A stretch of 64,000 bases of DNA from an uncultured virus (IMG/VR IMGVR_UViG_2860317346_000001) (lineage: Duplodnaviria; Heunggongvirae; Uroviricota; Caudoviricetes). Location of the stretch: IMG/VR virus record IMGVR_UViG_2860317346_000001, positions 62,001-126,000 of that record. One strand, written 5' to 3'. Position 1 is the stretch's first letter; each line of letters starts with the position of its first letter. Shown here in pieces: positions 62,118 through 64,000 of this stretch. The notes beneath the pieces were generated by a model, which was given only the letters and a program-made list of their open reading frames with translations, was not told where the DNA came from and made no database searches. A program made the translations under genes and the position numbers.

Positions 62118-62336
62118 ATGTTTGTACCAGTAAATAGAATGTTTAACACGACCGAAGAATCCGTTGATGCGGCTATGGAGGTGTTACACATACTATCTCA
62201 CGACCTTGCCGACCTTGATAAACCTGAAAACAAATACTTGTTGGATGTGTTGTATAAAAGGTTTGGTGTGATGGTGTGTCCGAATTGTGGTGCTACCATC
62301 CGTGAAATACACGGGTGTAAGACCTGTAGGGTCTAA
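62118..62336 (+). CDS. small early Zn-ribbon protein
   Basis: CPNC-x9-CKTC; GAGGTGAT RBS. Confidence 0.75.
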   Translation: MFVPVNRMFNTTEESVDAAMEVLHILSHDLADLDKPENKYLLDVLYKRFGVMVCPNCGATIREIHGCKTCRV

Positions 62337-62384
62337 CCCTAATTCTTTTTTTTATTTTTATAGATTTCATTTATAAAAAAAAAT

Positions 62385-62442
62385 CATCATCACGATATAC
62401 GAATACAATTTGCGATACATTCGTTACACTATTTTAGAGTGG
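62385..62442 (+). promoter_or_regulatory. conserved early element copy 4
   Basis: CATCATCACGATATACGAATACA-N17-TACACT. Confidence 0.8.
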
Positions 62443-62526
62443 GTAAAAAAGTAGGTTATGGTTTGTCTGTTGCAGAGACAACTCCTGTAGCTTACCGCTT
62501 TATACCAACGTATTCAGGTGGTCTGA

Positions 62527-62727
62527 ATGGATTTGAATATTGCGAAAGCAAACATGAATAAGCACGGTAACGGTCAAGCTGCTGTGCGGATAGAAGGAAA
62601 GTTGTATGTTGTCAATGTGACTTCATACAATGATTTGACTATCAAAATTAATCGTATTTTAACTAGCTTAGGTTTACCTAAGTTAGATGACGATTACACG
62701 CGAGAAGGTGATATAATAATCGCCTAA
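62527..62727 (+). CDS. small early protein
   Basis: 66 aa, AGGTGG RBS, T-tract after stop. Confidence 0.72.
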   Translation: MDLNIAKANMNKHGNGQAAVRIEGKLYVVNVTSYNDLTIKINRILTSLGLPKLDDDYTREGDIIIA

Positions 62728-62773
62728 ATATCTTTTCTTTCTTTTATTTTATATAAATCTATATAAAAAAAAT

Positions 62774-62825
62774 CATCATCACGATATCCGAATACAGCTC
62801 GCCACGTAGCTCTCCACACTATTAT
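62774..62825 (+). promoter_or_regulatory. conserved early element copy 5
   Basis: CATCATCACGATATCCGAATACA-N18-CACACT. Confidence 0.8.
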
Positions 62826-62854
62826 ACGGTGAACAAAAAACAATTGGTGAAACT

Positions 62855-63262
62855 ATGGCATTCGGTATCGGTACAACGACAGAAAACGCAGCAACAGGAA
62901 ACAACTTCGGGTGGGTAGAAACAAAATACCCACTTGCATTAACAATATTCATTAACAAACCGATGGGAGACAAAGAAAAAGTTGTCGTCAAAATCATAGG
63001 CGACAAAACGAAATTCGACGTCGGTGGAACGTTCGCGAAAGGATATTCGTCAGCAGCATTCAAAGCGAACATGGAACGTGTTAAAACATTCCTAAACAAC
63101 ATAGCTGGTCAGGAAGAACAAGCAGTAAACTATCTTCTTGAGAACCATTACATTAAACTCGTACAGCAAGGCCCTGGAAACAAAGCCTTCTGGTACGTGT
63201 ACAAGCCTACAGAGAAGTTACTTCTCGAAGGCAACCTCGGTGTAGACGAAGGTCTACACTAA
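62855..63262 (+). CDS. early protein, unknown function
   Basis: 135 aa, GGTGA RBS, T-tract after stop. Confidence 0.78.
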   Translation: MAFGIGTTTENAATGNNFGWVETKYPLALTIFINKPMGDKEKVVVKIIGDKTKFDVGGTFAKGYSSAAFKANMERVKTFLNNIAGQEEQAVNYLLENHYIKLVQQGPGNKAFWYVYKPTEKLLLEGNLGVDEGLH

Positions 63263-63362
63263 ACATTTTATTTTTTTACAAAACAACAACCAAACAAACA
63301 CATCATACGCACAATCATCATAAACGTATTTAACACGACGCGTTATGTACAAAGGTATACAC

Positions 63363-63399
63363 GGGAATGGGGCGAAGCCCCATTCCCTTTCTTATTTTT
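63363..63399 (+). terminator. hairpin-type intrinsic terminator
   Basis: GGGAATGGGGC-GAA-GCCCCATTCCC (perfect 11-bp stem) followed by TTTCTTATTTTT. Confidence 0.8.
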
Positions 63400-63652
63400 A
63401 TAGGCTAATCACCCGCCATATTAGGAATATAATTTTCACCTGACACTATTTTATGATGGTAATAAATGTTATTTTATTACCTATTCTTTATCAATCAATC
63501 ACGACTGCTGCGCTGGTTTGGTGAACGTCATTTAAAGCTGCGCTTTAAATAGAAACGAAGCTGAAACAGTAGGGCACGTGTGCGGTTGAACGAGAATACG
63601 AATCAAAACAAACCACATTAAAACAAACAGTACAAACAAACAGGTGAACAAT

Positions 63653-64000
63653 ATGTTTTCAAACCTCTTCGGAATGGACAATACAGGTAAAGACAATGGA
63701 GCAGCAGTAGCTGCGGACAATAACGATAATATCAAACGTACCTATGACGCAATGGTACAAGCAACTGGAAACGTTGCTGTACACCATAAATATGCGGATT
63801 TCAGTGAGAAACCTCTCGGCTGGAACTTCGGTATCTCAATGGACGAATCAAAATTAGAACACCAAAGAGTCATCAAGTCATTCGACTGTATGGCACACAA
63901 AATAGTAGACAAAAGGTACACCTCGTGTGCCGTAATGCACGAAACAGGTCAGTGGATTGGCCGAGAAATCGCAAACGGTAACATAAAACCAGAAACGATG
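63653..64000 (+). CDS. ORF running off the window end (not in ORF track)
   Basis: AGGTGA RBS, ATG 63653, open for 116 codons (MFSNLFGMDNTGKD...). Confidence 0.75.
   Translation, partial: MFSNLFGMDNTGKDNGAAVAADNNDNIKRTYDAMVQATGNVAVHHKYADFSEKPLGWNFGISMDESKLEHQRVIKSFDCMAHKIVDKRYTSCAVMHETGQWIGREIANGNIKPETM

Larger units (their letters stand above)
1..64000. mobile_element. Tailed dsDNA virus genome segment (Caudoviricetes, siphovirus-like; probable archaeal/methanogen host)
   Basis: Terminase, portal, capsid, scaffold, tail tube, tape-measure and PolB genes; no cellular housekeeping operons; GGTGA/GAGGTG RBS before most genes. Confidence 0.93.

Noticed and set aside
61348..62825. Repeats as a CRISPR array
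   Set aside because: Copies are 340-390 nt apart and separated by ORFs with RBS and terminators; no cas genes
1..64000. tRNA, rRNA or integrase genes
   Set aside because: None recognised by eye; tRNAscan-SE would be needed to exclude tRNAs

Overview
The whole window is part of an AT-rich tailed-virus (Caudoviricetes, siphovirus-like) genome. The host is most likely an anaerobic archaeon, probably a methanogen. The evidence for this is GGTGA ribosome-binding sites, TATA-box promoters, oligo-T terminators, an RPA-type SSB, a DUF2341-like domain and a class III ribonucleotide reductase. The + strand from 1 to 21.4 kb carries putative virion/unknown genes, nrdD/nrdG, a metallophosphoesterase, a gp45-like clamp and PolB. 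The - strand from 21.4 to 61 kb is a morphogenesis region in unusual order: terS, scaffold/protease, cement, MCP, adaptor, tail terminator, tail tube, DNA ligase, tail proteins, terL, tail chaperones, a giant protein, portal and SSB. The + strand from 61.3 to 64 kb holds small ORFs, each preceded by a conserved bipartite repeat. The main finding is a ~5,735-aa tape-measure-like protein whose N-terminal ~1,800 aa contain a complete single-chain two-barrel RNA polymerase. It has the beta'-like NADFDGD motif and bridge helix first, followed by the beta-like EDS and K-x7-K motifs. The five repeats CATCATCACGATATMCGAATACA-N16-18-YACACT are candidate cognate promoters. Together these suggest an injected virion RNAP transcription system in an archaeal virus. 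All family calls come from motif recognition by eye, and no database searches were run.
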